Source: Raphidiopsis brookii D9 (lineage in GTDB: Bacteria; Cyanobacteriota; Cyanobacteriia; Cyanobacteriales; Nostocaceae). From it: a stretch of 32,000 bases of DNA. The stretch is taken from assembly GCA_000175855.1 (NCBI GenBank), contig ACYB01000004.1:1-32000 (forward strand), given 5' to 3'. The position numbers and the translations under genes are program-made. The notes below the pieces were generated by a model that had not been told where the DNA came from, did no database searches, and worked only from the letters and a program-made list of their open reading frames with translations. Shown here in pieces: positions 1 to 9,563 of the stretch (the stretch's first letter is position 1; each line of letters begins with the position of its first letter).

Positions 1-434
1 GTTTTTAATATTAATTAATCCGAAATTACGAAAAAAAGACTGCGATCGCTGTATGGAAAAGGGTTTTTAAAAAGTCATTTTGCAATTTACCACCGACTTT
101 GAAAACGCCCTGTTTGGGTAGTTAAGAAAGGCGATCGCCCGAGTGCTTCGCCCTTTACTTAATCAAAACTGTCAACTACACAAAGAAGCTAGTAACGGGA
201 ATAGTACCAAAACTTGGCAACACACCACTGTACCCTGTTATATTCACTAAGAGGTTTGAGATCGATTAACATCAGAGCTAAATCACCCCATAATTCCATG
301 CCATAAATCCATAATTCTCCGTAAAGAGCAAAGCTAAAATCACTCTGACGTGAGTAGTTGAGGTTAAAAATATTATGCTATAATAGTAATCCTCGCTCCT
401 CTTAGAACGAAGAAATAAAGAATGTCGATTTGAA

Positions 435-2921
435 ATGGAGTTACCTACGATGATGTTTCCTGATGAATTCTCTCTTATTCAACCGGTAATCCCTATTGAT
501 ACTGGTGGATTGTCAACCTCCTCATCAGTTGGGTATGGACTGGACTTAGAACAATCCCTACAATATGGAAATCAACAAATTCAGTCCCTATCAACTACAA
601 ATTTATCACTACTTGACAACACTCTTACCAGTGCGCGCAACATTGGCAGTCTTACCGGTAGCCAAACCTTCTCGGACTTTGTTGGCAGCAGCGACACTAA
701 TGATTACTACCGCTTTAATTTGATCCAGTCCAGTAACTTTAATCTCAGTTTAACTGGACTAAGTGCCGATGCGGATACCCAATTATTAAATAGCAGCGGT
801 ACTGTAATCCAAAGTTCCCAGAATGCCGGTAGGGCAAGTGAATCCATTAGTAGATCCCTAAGTGCTGGCACTTATTACGTAAGAGTTTACCCTAATCTTG
901 GCAATACTAACTATAGTCTCACTCTTTCCGCTGCTCCTGCAGATCAAGCTGGTAATACACTAGCTGCTGCCCGTAACATTGGTACTCTTAGCGGTAGCCA
1001 AACCTTCTCGGACTTTGTTGGCAGTGTTGACACCAATGATTACTACCGTTTTGACCTCACCCAAACCAGTACCTTTGGTCTATCCCTGAATGGACTAAGT
1101 GCCAATGCGGATACCCAATTATTAAATAGCAGCGGTACTGTAATCCAAAGTTCCCAGAATGCGGGCACGACAAGTGAATCCATTAGTAGATCCCTAAGTG
1201 CTGGCACTTATTACGTAAGAGTTTACCCTTACAGTGGCAATACTAACTATAGTCTCACTCTTTCCGCTGCTCCTATAGATCAAGCTGGTAATACACTAGC
1301 TGCTGCCCGTAACATTGGTACTCTTAGCGGTAGCCAAACCTTCTCGGACTTTGTTGGCAGTGTTGACACCAATGATTACTACCGTTTTGACCTCACCCAA
1401 ACCAGTACCTTTGGTCTATCCCTGAATGGACTAAATGCCGATGCGGATACCCAATTATTAAATAGCAGCGGTACTGTAATCCAAAGTTCCCAGAATGGGG
1501 GTACGACAAGTGAATCCATTAGTAGATCCCTAAGTGCTGGCACTTATTACGTAAGAGTTTACCCTTACAGTGGCAATACTAACTATAGTCTCACTCTTTC
1601 CGCTGTGTCGAGTCCACCACCACCCACATCTGGATTCAATTCTACCTACGGCTATGGAATGATTAACGCTGCTAGATCTGTAGCTGCTGCTTTAGGACAA
1701 AGCAGTCCCTTCCCTGATGTAGCTAATCTAGGGGGAAACAATTGGGGCAATGATCTAGTCGGATCACCAGAAGTTTGGTCTCGTGGTTATACTGGACAAG
1801 GTGTGGTAGTAGCGGTAGTAGACACTGGTGTGGACTATACCCACTCTGATCTGGATGCCAATATTTGGGTCAATACCAGAGAAATATCAGGTAACGGGAT
1901 CGACGATGATGGTAATGGTTATATTGACGACATTCGAGGTTGGGACTTTGTCGGCAATGATAATGATCCTCGAGACGGCAATAGCCATGGTACCCACGTT
2001 GCTGGCACCATTGCTGCGGAAAATAATGGTACTGGTGTCACTGGTGTTGCCTACAATGCCCGTATTATGCCTGTAAGGGTGTTAGATAATAATGGAAGTG
2101 GCAGTAATCTCGGTGTAGCCAATGGTATTCGCTATGCTGCTAATAATGGTGCCCGAGTAATTAACCTGAGTCTGGGTGGTGGTTATAGTTCCGACATTTA
2201 CTCAGCCATTCAGTACGCCACTACTAGGGGATCCATTGTAGTTATGGCTGCTGGCAATGATGGATCATCCCAACCTGGTTACCCAGCTTACCATGCGACG
2301 GAGTACGGATTGGCAATTGGTGCGGTTGATAGTAGTAGCAACATTGCCAGCTTCTCCAATCGGGCTGGGACTGATAATGCGATGCGCTACGTGGTTGCAC
2401 CTGGGGTAAGTATCTACTCCACAGTTATTAACAATGGCTATGCCACATATAGTGGCACTTCTATGGCTACACCCCATGCAGCTGGTGTGATCGCCTTAAT
2501 GCTAAGCGCTAATAGTTCTCTTACTCCAGCTCAGGTGCGCGACATTGTTACTAGTAGAACTACTTATCTTGCCGGTGTGAATTCTTTTGGGGTCGCGACA
2601 ACATCCTACTCAACACAGTATAATAGGTCTAGTCTTGATTACGATCTACCTTCTGGAAACCCTGGTGTTGAGACTGTTCAGGTGTCCAATAATACTATTA
2701 ATAATATGATCACTACTAATTATTACCCCTCCTACCTAAACCAGAGTCTTACCTTTAACCTCCCCCTAATGATCTCAGTCCCACAACTGATTCCACTAGC
2801 ATCAACCCATCAAGTCAAGATAATGATTACGTCTACCTGGAGGATAATGGTAACTACTCCTTCAATCTCTCAACTGTTCTGGGACTCTCGGGTAAACCAA
2901 TGTGGACTATCCCTAGTTTAA
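435..2921 (+). CDS. Subtilisin-like S8 serine peptidase with three N-terminal PPC (pre-peptidase C-terminal) domain repeats
   Basis: 828-aa ORF. Catalytic motifs VVDTGVDYTHSD (Asp), NSHGTHVAGTIAA (His) and GTSMATPHAAG (Ser). Three repeats of ARNIGxLxGSQTFSDFVGSxDTNDYYRF...GTYYVRVYP. The last ~50 aa are probably out of frame (see findings). Confidence 0.9.
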   Translation: MELPTMMFPDEFSLIQPVIPIDTGGLSTSSSVGYGLDLEQSLQYGNQQIQSLSTTNLSLLDNTLTSARNIGSLTGSQTFSDFVGSSDTNDYYRFNLIQSSNFNLSLTGLSADADTQLLNSSGTVIQSSQNAGRASESISRSLSAGTYYVRVYPNLGNTNYSLTLSAAPADQAGNTLAAARNIGTLSGSQTFSDFVGSVDTNDYYRFDLTQTSTFGLSLNGLSANADTQLLNSSGTVIQSSQNAGTTSESISRSLSAGTYYVRVYPYSGNTNYSLTLSAAPIDQAGNTLAAARNIGTLSGSQTFSDFVGSVDTNDYYRFDLTQTSTFGLSLNGLNADADTQLLNSSGTVIQSSQNGGTTSESISRSLSAGTYYVRVYPYSGNTNYSLTLSAVSSPPPPTSGFNSTYGYGMINAARSVAAALGQSSPFPDVANLGGNNWGNDLVGSPEVWSRGYTGQGVVVAVVDTGVDYTHSDLDANIWVNTREISGNGIDDDGNGYIDDIRGWDFVGNDNDPRDGNSHGTHVAGTIAAENNGTGVTGVAYNARIMPVRVLDNNGSGSNLGVANGIRYAANNGARVINLSLGGGYSSDIYSAIQYATTRGSIVVMAAGNDGSSQPGYPAYHATEYGLAIGAVDSSSNIASFSNRAGTDNAMRYVVAPGVSIYSTVINNGYATYSGTSMATPHAAGVIALMLSANSSLTPAQVRDIVTSRTTYLAGVNSFGVATTSYSTQYNRSSLDYDLPSGNPGVETVQVSNNTINNMITTNYYPSYLNQSLTFNLPLMISVPQLIPLASTHQVKIMITSTWRIMVTTPSISQLFWDSRVNQCGLSLV
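625..1612 (+). repeat. Three tandem 336-bp coding repeats (PPC domain units); units 2 and 3 nearly identical
   Basis: 'cattgg' anchors at 641 and 977, and 'tagctgctgcccgtaacattgg' at 961 and 1297, give a constant period of 336 bp (112 aa). Units 2 and 3 differ at only a handful of bases. Confidence 0.9.
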
Positions 2922-4289
2922 TTTAGGTAAGTAAGGATTGGACACTTCTAGCTGTGCTGCTATGCTAATCAACATAGCTTCAGCAGCAGGTTTGCCAACT
3001 AATTGCACACTCAAGGGTAAACCTTGATCATCAAATCCCATAGGTAAGGCTATGGCGGGTAATCCTGTTGCATTTGCTAATGGACATGGTGCAATCCAAT
3101 TAATGATTTTTTGAAGTGTCTCATCCGGCTTTAGTTGACTCCATTCACCAATTTTCATCGCTGAATGTAGGTAAACTGGTAACACCAATATATCTATCTG
3201 ATCGAAGAAAGACACTATCTGCCGTGACAATATTTGCATTTGTGTTACTGCTTTTAAATACTCACCAGCTGATCCAGTTCTCTCTAAGAGAAACTGGTTG
3301 AGAGGTTGTAGTATATGTGCCGGTATTCCGGAAGCAGCTACTCCCGCTTGCCATACAATTTGAAATGGTTTGACTAAACCACTTATATCCGGACACTTTT
3401 CTACTACCTCATATCCCAATTCTTCTAATAATTGAACCGCCTTTAATACCCCCTGTTGACAGTTAGCATCTGCCTCCCCTATGGAAGAAATACTAGTGCT
3501 AAAAGCTACTCTTAATCCAGGTGTTTTCTCCTGGGTAGATGCCAAAAAGGAAGGTTCTGGATTACTTAACCAAAAAGGATCTCCCGGAAAATATCCAGAA
3601 ATTGCATCTAGCATAGCAGCTGCATCAGCTACTGTTCTGGCCAGGGGACCACTGGTAGCTATGGTACTAGTACCAGGAGCATTAGTTACCCTTCCCCTAG
3701 CAGGTTTAATCCCTACTAAGCCGCAACAAGCCGCAGGTACTCTAATAGAACCACCCCCATCAGAACCTTGGGCGATCGCACATAATCCAGCTGCAACAGC
3801 GGATGCAGCACCACCACTAGAACCACCAGGAGTATATTCTAGATTCCAGGGATTTCTAGCTGGGGGAAAACCTGCAGGTTCAGTATAGGGATAAGACCCC
3901 AGTTCTGAGGTAGCTGTTTTTCCCAGGATGACAAAACCCGCTTGTTTGATTTTGGTAACCACCCCATCATCATAATTGGGGATGTTATTAAGTAAAGCTG
4001 GATTACCAAAGGTGCAGGCAACACCCGCTACAGCATTCAAATCTTTGATTGAAATGGGAACGCCAAAAAAGGGTGGTAATTCAGTTTCCTTGGTATTAGC
4101 TAGTGTTTCTGTTTTATAACGACTGTCAGCTATGGCTGAGTCCGCCATAACTGTGAAGTAACTACCCAATTGAGGGTTAAAACGAGAAATCCTGTCTAAA
4201 TATAATTCTGTGAGTTCTAGAGGAGATACTTCTCGCCCGCGAATTAACCTAGCTAGCTCCAAAGCGGGGGTAAATGCTAAATCAGTCAT
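2913..4289 (-). CDS. Amidase signature family protein (GatA-like)
   Basis: 458 aa with the amidase signature GGSSGGAASAVAAGLCAIAQGSDGGGSIRVPAACCGLVGIKP. Confidence 0.9.
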   Translation of the reverse strand: MTDLAFTPALELARLIRGREVSPLELTELYLDRISRFNPQLGSYFTVMADSAIADSRYKTETLANTKETELPPFFGVPISIKDLNAVAGVACTFGNPALLNNIPNYDDGVVTKIKQAGFVILGKTATSELGSYPYTEPAGFPPARNPWNLEYTPGGSSGGAASAVAAGLCAIAQGSDGGGSIRVPAACCGLVGIKPARGRVTNAPGTSTIATSGPLARTVADAAAMLDAISGYFPGDPFWLSNPEPSFLASTQEKTPGLRVAFSTSISSIGEADANCQQGVLKAVQLLEELGYEVVEKCPDISGLVKPFQIVWQAGVAASGIPAHILQPLNQFLLERTGSAGEYLKAVTQMQILSRQIVSFFDQIDILVLPVYLHSAMKIGEWSQLKPDETLQKIINWIAPCPLANATGLPAIALPMGFDDQGLPLSVQLVGKPAAEAMLISIAAQLEVSNPYLPKLN

Positions 4290-4309
4290 CAGTTATCTGG
4301 GGATCTGGT

Positions 4310-5140
4310 TTAAAGTGATGATCGGTCAGTTAAAATTTCATAACCCGTTTCCGTGACTAACACAGTATGTTCAAATTGGGCAGATAAAGCATTATCAACA
4401 GTAACAGCAGTCCATCTATCACTTAATATTTTAGTAGTTTTTGAGCCAGCATTAATTATGGGTTCAATGGCCAAGGTCATACCAGCACGTAATTTAACAT
4501 TAGGAATTTCACGAGTTCTATAATTAAAAACTGCAGGTTCTTCATGGAGGTTTCTACCCACCCCATGACCTGTGAACTGCTCTACCACATTAAATCCAGT
4601 TGTTTTAACATAGTCTTCAATCCCACCAGCAATATCAGCCAGGTGGGCACCAGCTTTAACCTGTTCTATACCTGCATATAAAGCTTTCTCAGCTACTTCA
4701 ATCAGTTTTGCTGCATCCGGACCAACACTGCCCACAGCAATGGTAATGCAAGAGTCACCATGGAAACCCTGATAGTATGCGCCCGTGTCAACCTTTAATA
4801 CATCTCCCGAGCGAATCACTTTTTTATGACTGGGAATACCATGTACCACCTCGTGGTTGATGCTAGAACATATTGAAGCTGGAAATCCATGATACCCCTT
4901 AAAACTGGGAGTTGCACCCATTTCTCGGATACGTTTTTCTGCGTGTGCATCCAGATCCGCAGTGGTCATCCCCGGTTCAACCAATTCAGAAATTTCTTTG
5001 AGAACAGTAGCAACAATCCTAGCTGATTGTCGCATGATATCAACCTCACGAGGAGATTTGATTTCTATTCCCCGACGTTGCTGTGATATGGAGGGTTTAG
5101 CCTGCACTGGTAAGGTAATTAATTCGCTGAAAATGTTCAT
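4310..5140 (-). CDS. map: Type I methionine aminopeptidase
   Basis: 276 aa. Motifs [38 protein letters not shown] and [10 protein letters not shown]. Confidence 0.95.
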   Translation of the reverse strand: MNIFSELITLPVQAKPSISQQRRGIEIKSPREVDIMRQSARIVATVLKEISELVEPGMTTADLDAHAEKRIREMGATPSFKGYHGFPASICSSINHEVVHGIPSHKKVIRSGDVLKVDTGAYYQGFHGDSCITIAVGSVGPDAAKLIEVAEKALYAGIEQVKAGAHLADIAGGIEDYVKTTGFNVVEQFTGHGVGRNLHEEPAVFNYRTREIPNVKLRAGMTLAIEPIINAGSKTTKILSDRWTAVTVDNALSAQFEHTVLVTETGYEILTDRSSL

Positions 5141-5761
5141 CGTCTGATTTAGTCGCTGTTAAACAGCTAAGGTTTGCTCTGGTTGAGATTTGATTCCAAA
5201 ATGGACCCAGTCCCCCACACTCCTATTCTAATACCTCCACGCTAGATTTGTTGACGCTTCCGTCACTCCGTCACTAAAAGCGATTCTCTGTTCGTCCAGG
5301 TACCTTACCTATCAAGCGTTCACCTGATAGATAGTAGGTAGTCTGTCCCAGGGCATAAATATGCAACTTCCTTTTTATCAATGAATATGTGCAGTTAAGT
5401 TTATCTGAATACTTGGTATAAGCATAACAATATGATAACAAGTACCAGCGTATGAATAATAATAAATTATTGATATTCTTAATATATTATTAAGAAAAGA
5501 ATTCTGTGACTTGTAATACAGTTTTTCCACATTTTTAGTTGTTAGGGTAATATAAGCCTGTGCCTTATTTAGTGAAGGCTAAGATGCAGTATCTCAAAGA
5601 TTAAAGTCTAGGGATCAGTTTCCATAGAACGGCTAATATAAATTTCTATATCCCAAGAATGAGGATTAATAAGATTAGCTCAGAGATGATGAGCAAAATC
5701 GAAAAAAGATTTTTTTGGTCTCGGTGAAAAAATTAACAAAAAGTTATCCAGGGAGTTTAAA

Positions 5762-5953
5762 ATGCCAGTCTTACACAATAAAGTCCACTGTCCCAATTGT
5801 GGCAAAATGGCGGAGCGCTATTTTATTTCTGAGAGTCAAGTTACTAGAACCCAATGTTCAGCTTGTGACTATTTAATGATCAACTGTAGTCGCACAGGTA
5901 GAGTAATTGAAGCTTATGCGCCAGGCATTTATGCTGGAAAGATACTGGTTTAG
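5762..5953 (+). CDS. Small conserved cyanobacterial zinc-ribbon protein
   Basis: 63 aa with two CxxC pairs (CPNC...CSAC). Resembles the small cyanobacterial protein often annotated as PriA-like, from memory of the family. Confidence 0.7.
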   Translation: MPVLHNKVHCPNCGKMAERYFISESQVTRTQCSACDYLMINCSRTGRVIEAYAPGIYAGKILV

Positions 5954-5984
5954 CTTAAAATTAGCATATACACTTGTTGTTTAA

Positions 5985-7044
5985 TCATCTTTTGCTGCTT
6001 CTCAGTTGACCGCAGGCTGCATCTGCTTCCAAACCGCGAGAATATCTGACGCTGACTGCTATTTTTTGCTGTTGCAGAATATTTACAAATGCATGGATTC
6101 TATCGCGGTTTGGTCTTTGATAGTCTGCTTCTTGAATGGGATTATAGGGGGATTAAATTGACGTGACTTTGAAAACCCCGCAACCGTTGGGATAACTCCA
6201 AAGCTTGTTCTGGTAAATCATTAACACCGGACAAAAGAATGTACTCAAAGGTGACCCTTCTTCCTGTAATTTCCACATATTGTCGACATTCCGCTAATAA
6301 TTGTTCTATGGGGTAGGTTTTAGCACTAGGAATTATTTGTTCTCTTAAGATCTGGTTGGGTGCGTGTAGACTAACAGCAAGAGTAACTTGTAAATGGTGT
6401 TCAGCTAGTTGACGAATACGGTCACGAATACCTACAGTAGAAACTGTCAAAGAGCGTTGTCCAATTCCTAGATCTTGATTTAAACACTTGAGAGCTAGAA
6501 TCACATTCTCTGTATTTAACAACGGTTCACCCATTCCCATAAACACAACATGACTTACTCGTTGTTGGAAATCTTCTTGTACTGTGAGTACTTGGTCCAC
6601 AATTTCCCCACGATTGAGATTGCGTTTAAACCCACCTTTGCCAGTAGCACAAAAGTCACAAGCCATTGGGCAACCAACCTGAGTAGAAACACATACTGTT
6701 AATCTCTTATCACTGGGAATGCCAACGGTTTCGATAATTTCACCATCTGCTAGATTTAGTAAATATTTTACTGTGCCATCCGTGGCTGAACACTGATAGT
6801 TAACCGATGAGCGACCTATGGAAACATCGGTAACTTGTTCGCGCCAAGTTTTAGGAAATACAGATATATCACTAATTCTATGTACACCGTGGTGATAGAT
6901 CCAATTATGTAGTTGCTTACCCCTATATCCCGGTTGTCCCTGCTGTTGTACCCAGGTGGTTAATTCATCCACTGAAGCACCAAGCAGGGGGGGGAGCAGA
7001 GGAGTTTTAAGAGGGTTAGAAACTGTTTGCTGACTTGTGGACAT
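5985..7044 (-). pseudogene. rlmN: 23S rRNA (adenine-2503-C2)/tRNA methyltransferase RlmN, radical SAM; frame disrupted near its 3' end
   Basis: ORF 6142..7113 has the radical SAM motif [13 protein letters not shown]. It ends prematurely at ...HVNLIPL*. The expected C-terminus [52 protein letters not shown] is encoded in another frame at ~6145..5985. Likely start is MSTSQQ (7044). Confidence 0.9.
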
Positions 7045-7217
7045 TTTTAGACATTGCTCTGAGTTTGGGTACTTTTTGATGACAAGCAGGAGAGAATTTG
7101 CCAGCAATGACAAATACTAAAAAATATGATATCATAAGTAATTCTCTATTGTGGTGGGTGAAAAATAAATATAGATGACCCAGCACGTCCGCATAGTCCG
7201 CATTCGGAATTGAATTT

Positions 7218-8579
7218 ATGGCACTGCCAATTGTAGCAATTATCGGTCGCCCCAATGTGGGCAAATCTACTTTTGTGAACCGTTTAGCAGGGGATCAAAC
7301 AGCAATAGTTCACGATGAACCTGGTGTTACACGAGATCGTACCTATCGTCCGGCATTTTGGCAAAATCGGGAGTTTTTGGTGGTTGATACTGGAGGTCTA
7401 GTGTTTAATGATAATACGGAATTTCTCCCCCTCATACGTCAACAAGCAATAACCGCACTCTCAGAAGCTTGTGCTGCCATATTTGTTGTAGATGGACAAG
7501 CTGGTCTGACTCCTGCAGATGAGGAAATTGCTGAGTGGTTACGTCAACAAACTGTTCCCACTCTCCTGGCTGTGAACAAATGCGAATCACCAGACCAAGG
7601 TGTTATTCAAGCTAGTGAATTTTGGGAGTTGGGACTGGGAGAACCTTACCCCATATCCGCTATTCATGGCAGTGGTACGGGTGATTTGCTCGATGAGTTA
7701 ATTAAATATACTCCTCAAGTTGAAGATTTACAGGAAAATTCGGAAGTTAAAGTAGCTATTGTTGGCCGTCCTAATGTTGGTAAATCCAGTCTCTTAAATG
7801 CTTTTGTGGGAGAAGAAAGGGCAATAGTTAGTCCAATTTCTGGAACTACCAGGGATACTATTGATACGCTGATTGAACGAGAGGGACAGGCTTACCGGTT
7901 GATTGACACTGCAGGAATTAGGAAAAAGAAACATGTGGAATACGGGACGGAATTTTTCAGTATTAATCGTGCTTTTAAAGCGATCCGTCGTGCTGATGTG
8001 GTCCTATTAGTGCTGGATGCTTTGGATGGTGTTACAGAGCAGGATCAAAAATTAGCTGGACGGATTATTGAAGATGGTCGTGCTTGTATAATTGTGGTCA
8101 ATAAATGGGATGCCGTAGAAAAAGACTCTTATACTATATATGACCATGAAAAAAGCTTAGAAGCAAGATTACACTTTACTGAATGGGCAGATACCATATT
8201 TGTTAGTGCTGTGACTGGACAAAGAGTAGAAAAGATTTTAGACCTGGTTAATAAAGCTGCTGAATCCCATAAACGTCGTGTCAGCACATCCGTGGTTAAT
8301 GAAGTTCTCACAGATGCAGTCAGTTGGCACTCACCACCAGCTTCACGCAGTGGTAAACAGGGTAAAATCTATTATGGTACCCAGGTCAGTAGCCAACCAC
8401 CTACCTTTGCATTGTTTGTTAATGATGCTAAACGGTTCAATGAAAATTATAGACGTTACATAGAAAGACAGTTTCGCAAGCAATTGGGTTTTGAGGGAAC
8501 ACCCATCCGCATCTTATGGCGTAGCAAAAAAGTTCGAGAAATGGAAGTTGGTACTCTTAACCGAGCAACTCGTGTCTGA
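7218..8579 (+). CDS. der: Ribosome biogenesis GTPase Der (EngA)
   Basis: 453 aa with two tandem G domains (GRPNVGKST and GRPNVGKSS), DTGG/DTAG, NKCE/NKWD and a C-terminal KH-like region. Confidence 0.96.
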   Translation: MALPIVAIIGRPNVGKSTFVNRLAGDQTAIVHDEPGVTRDRTYRPAFWQNREFLVVDTGGLVFNDNTEFLPLIRQQAITALSEACAAIFVVDGQAGLTPADEEIAEWLRQQTVPTLLAVNKCESPDQGVIQASEFWELGLGEPYPISAIHGSGTGDLLDELIKYTPQVEDLQENSEVKVAIVGRPNVGKSSLLNAFVGEERAIVSPISGTTRDTIDTLIEREGQAYRLIDTAGIRKKKHVEYGTEFFSINRAFKAIRRADVVLLVLDALDGVTEQDQKLAGRIIEDGRACIIVVNKWDAVEKDSYTIYDHEKSLEARLHFTEWADTIFVSAVTGQRVEKILDLVNKAAESHKRRVSTSVVNEVLTDAVSWHSPPASRSGKQGKIYYGTQVSSQPPTFALFVNDAKRFNENYRRYIERQFRKQLGFEGTPIRILWRSKKVREMEVGTLNRATRV

Positions 8580-8624
8580 AAGACCTTTTTATAGAAAGTT
8601 ACTTGGGAATTTAGGAATTCACAC

Positions 8625-9563
8625 ATGGACTTATTGCGATCGCTTCCTTTGGGATTATATTTAGATGCTCCTCAAACTTGGCTACATAAATTAGATTCAC
8701 GAGTGAAATTAATTTGGTTGTTAAGTTTTCTGACCAGCTATGTATTTGCCAACAACTACTGGCGTGTGTTACTAGTATTAATGCTGATTATTTTTACTTT
8801 GATTGCCAAAATTCCTCTCAGGGTATGGCGTCAACAAATGGGGTGGTTGCTAGTACTATCAATTATGGTGTTCGCCATCATTTCTATTAGTCCAGATGGT
8901 ATGAGCATAGACTATCAACCACGCCTACCAGCAAGTGAACAAGTATTAAGTCCACCACCAGTTCCATCAGTAAAATCTGAGAATGGGAACAAGTCGAGCT
9001 TGCCAGCAAACAGCCAAAAAAAATATAAGTATATCTTATTTCACCAAGGCCCGGTTAAAATAAGTCGCCGGTCATTAAGTTTAGCAACTAGTTTAAGTAC
9101 TATTGTATTTACATTAATCTATAGCAGTAATTTATACTTATTAACAACTGCACCAGAGGAGATCACATCAGGTATAGAGAGCTTAATGCAGCCTTTAAAA
9201 AAGTTGCACATTCCCGTCACTGAAATTACCCTGACACTAACCCTATCATTGCGATTTATTCCCCTAGTTTTAGAAGAAATTCAAAATCTAATCCGTTCTG
9301 TAATGACCAGGGCGATAAACTGGAAAAAACTGGGATTAAAAGGGGGTATAAGGGTCTGGTTAATTGTTATGGAAAGACTATTAGAGAACTTGCTATTGAG
9401 AGCAGAACAAATAGCAAATGCGATGACAGTGAGGGGTTTTACCAGTCCCAATGAACATCAGGTCAAATGGCACGAACTACAATTAAAACCACCTGATTGG
9501 TTGGCTGTGGCAGTTTTAATTGTATTTTGGGGATTAAGAATAGCTTTTGGTGCCCTTAACTAG
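8625..9563 (+). CDS. CbiQ/EcfT-family energy-coupling factor transporter transmembrane protein
   Basis: 312 aa, multi-spanning. EcfT-like features: RFIPLVLEEIQNLIRSVMTRAI and LLLRAEQIANAMTVRGF. Confidence 0.85.
   Translation: MDLLRSLPLGLYLDAPQTWLHKLDSRVKLIWLLSFLTSYVFANNYWRVLLVLMLIIFTLIAKIPLRVWRQQMGWLLVLSIMVFAIISISPDGMSIDYQPRLPASEQVLSPPPVPSVKSENGNKSSLPANSQKKYKYILFHQGPVKISRRSLSLATSLSTIVFTLIYSSNLYLLTTAPEEITSGIESLMQPLKKLHIPVTEITLTLTLSLRFIPLVLEEIQNLIRSVMTRAINWKKLGLKGGIRVWLIVMERLLENLLLRAEQIANAMTVRGFTSPNEHQVKWHELQLKPPDWLAVAVLIVFWGLRIAFGALN

Noticed and set aside
625-1612. Repeated units considered as a possible CRISPR or non-coding repeat array
   Set aside because: Units are 336 bp, contiguous and in-frame, and encode PPC domains. 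There are no spacers.
1828-2477. Track ORFs 1828..2076 (+) and 2265..2477 (-) inside the subtilase gene
   Set aside because: Out-of-frame or antisense to the catalytic domain, whose frame carries all three active-site motifs.
5300-5345. Imperfect inverted repeat TACCTTACCTATCA...TGATAGATAGTAGGTA upstream of map
   Set aside because: Interrupted stem with a 10-nt loop and no clear functional context; too weak to call.
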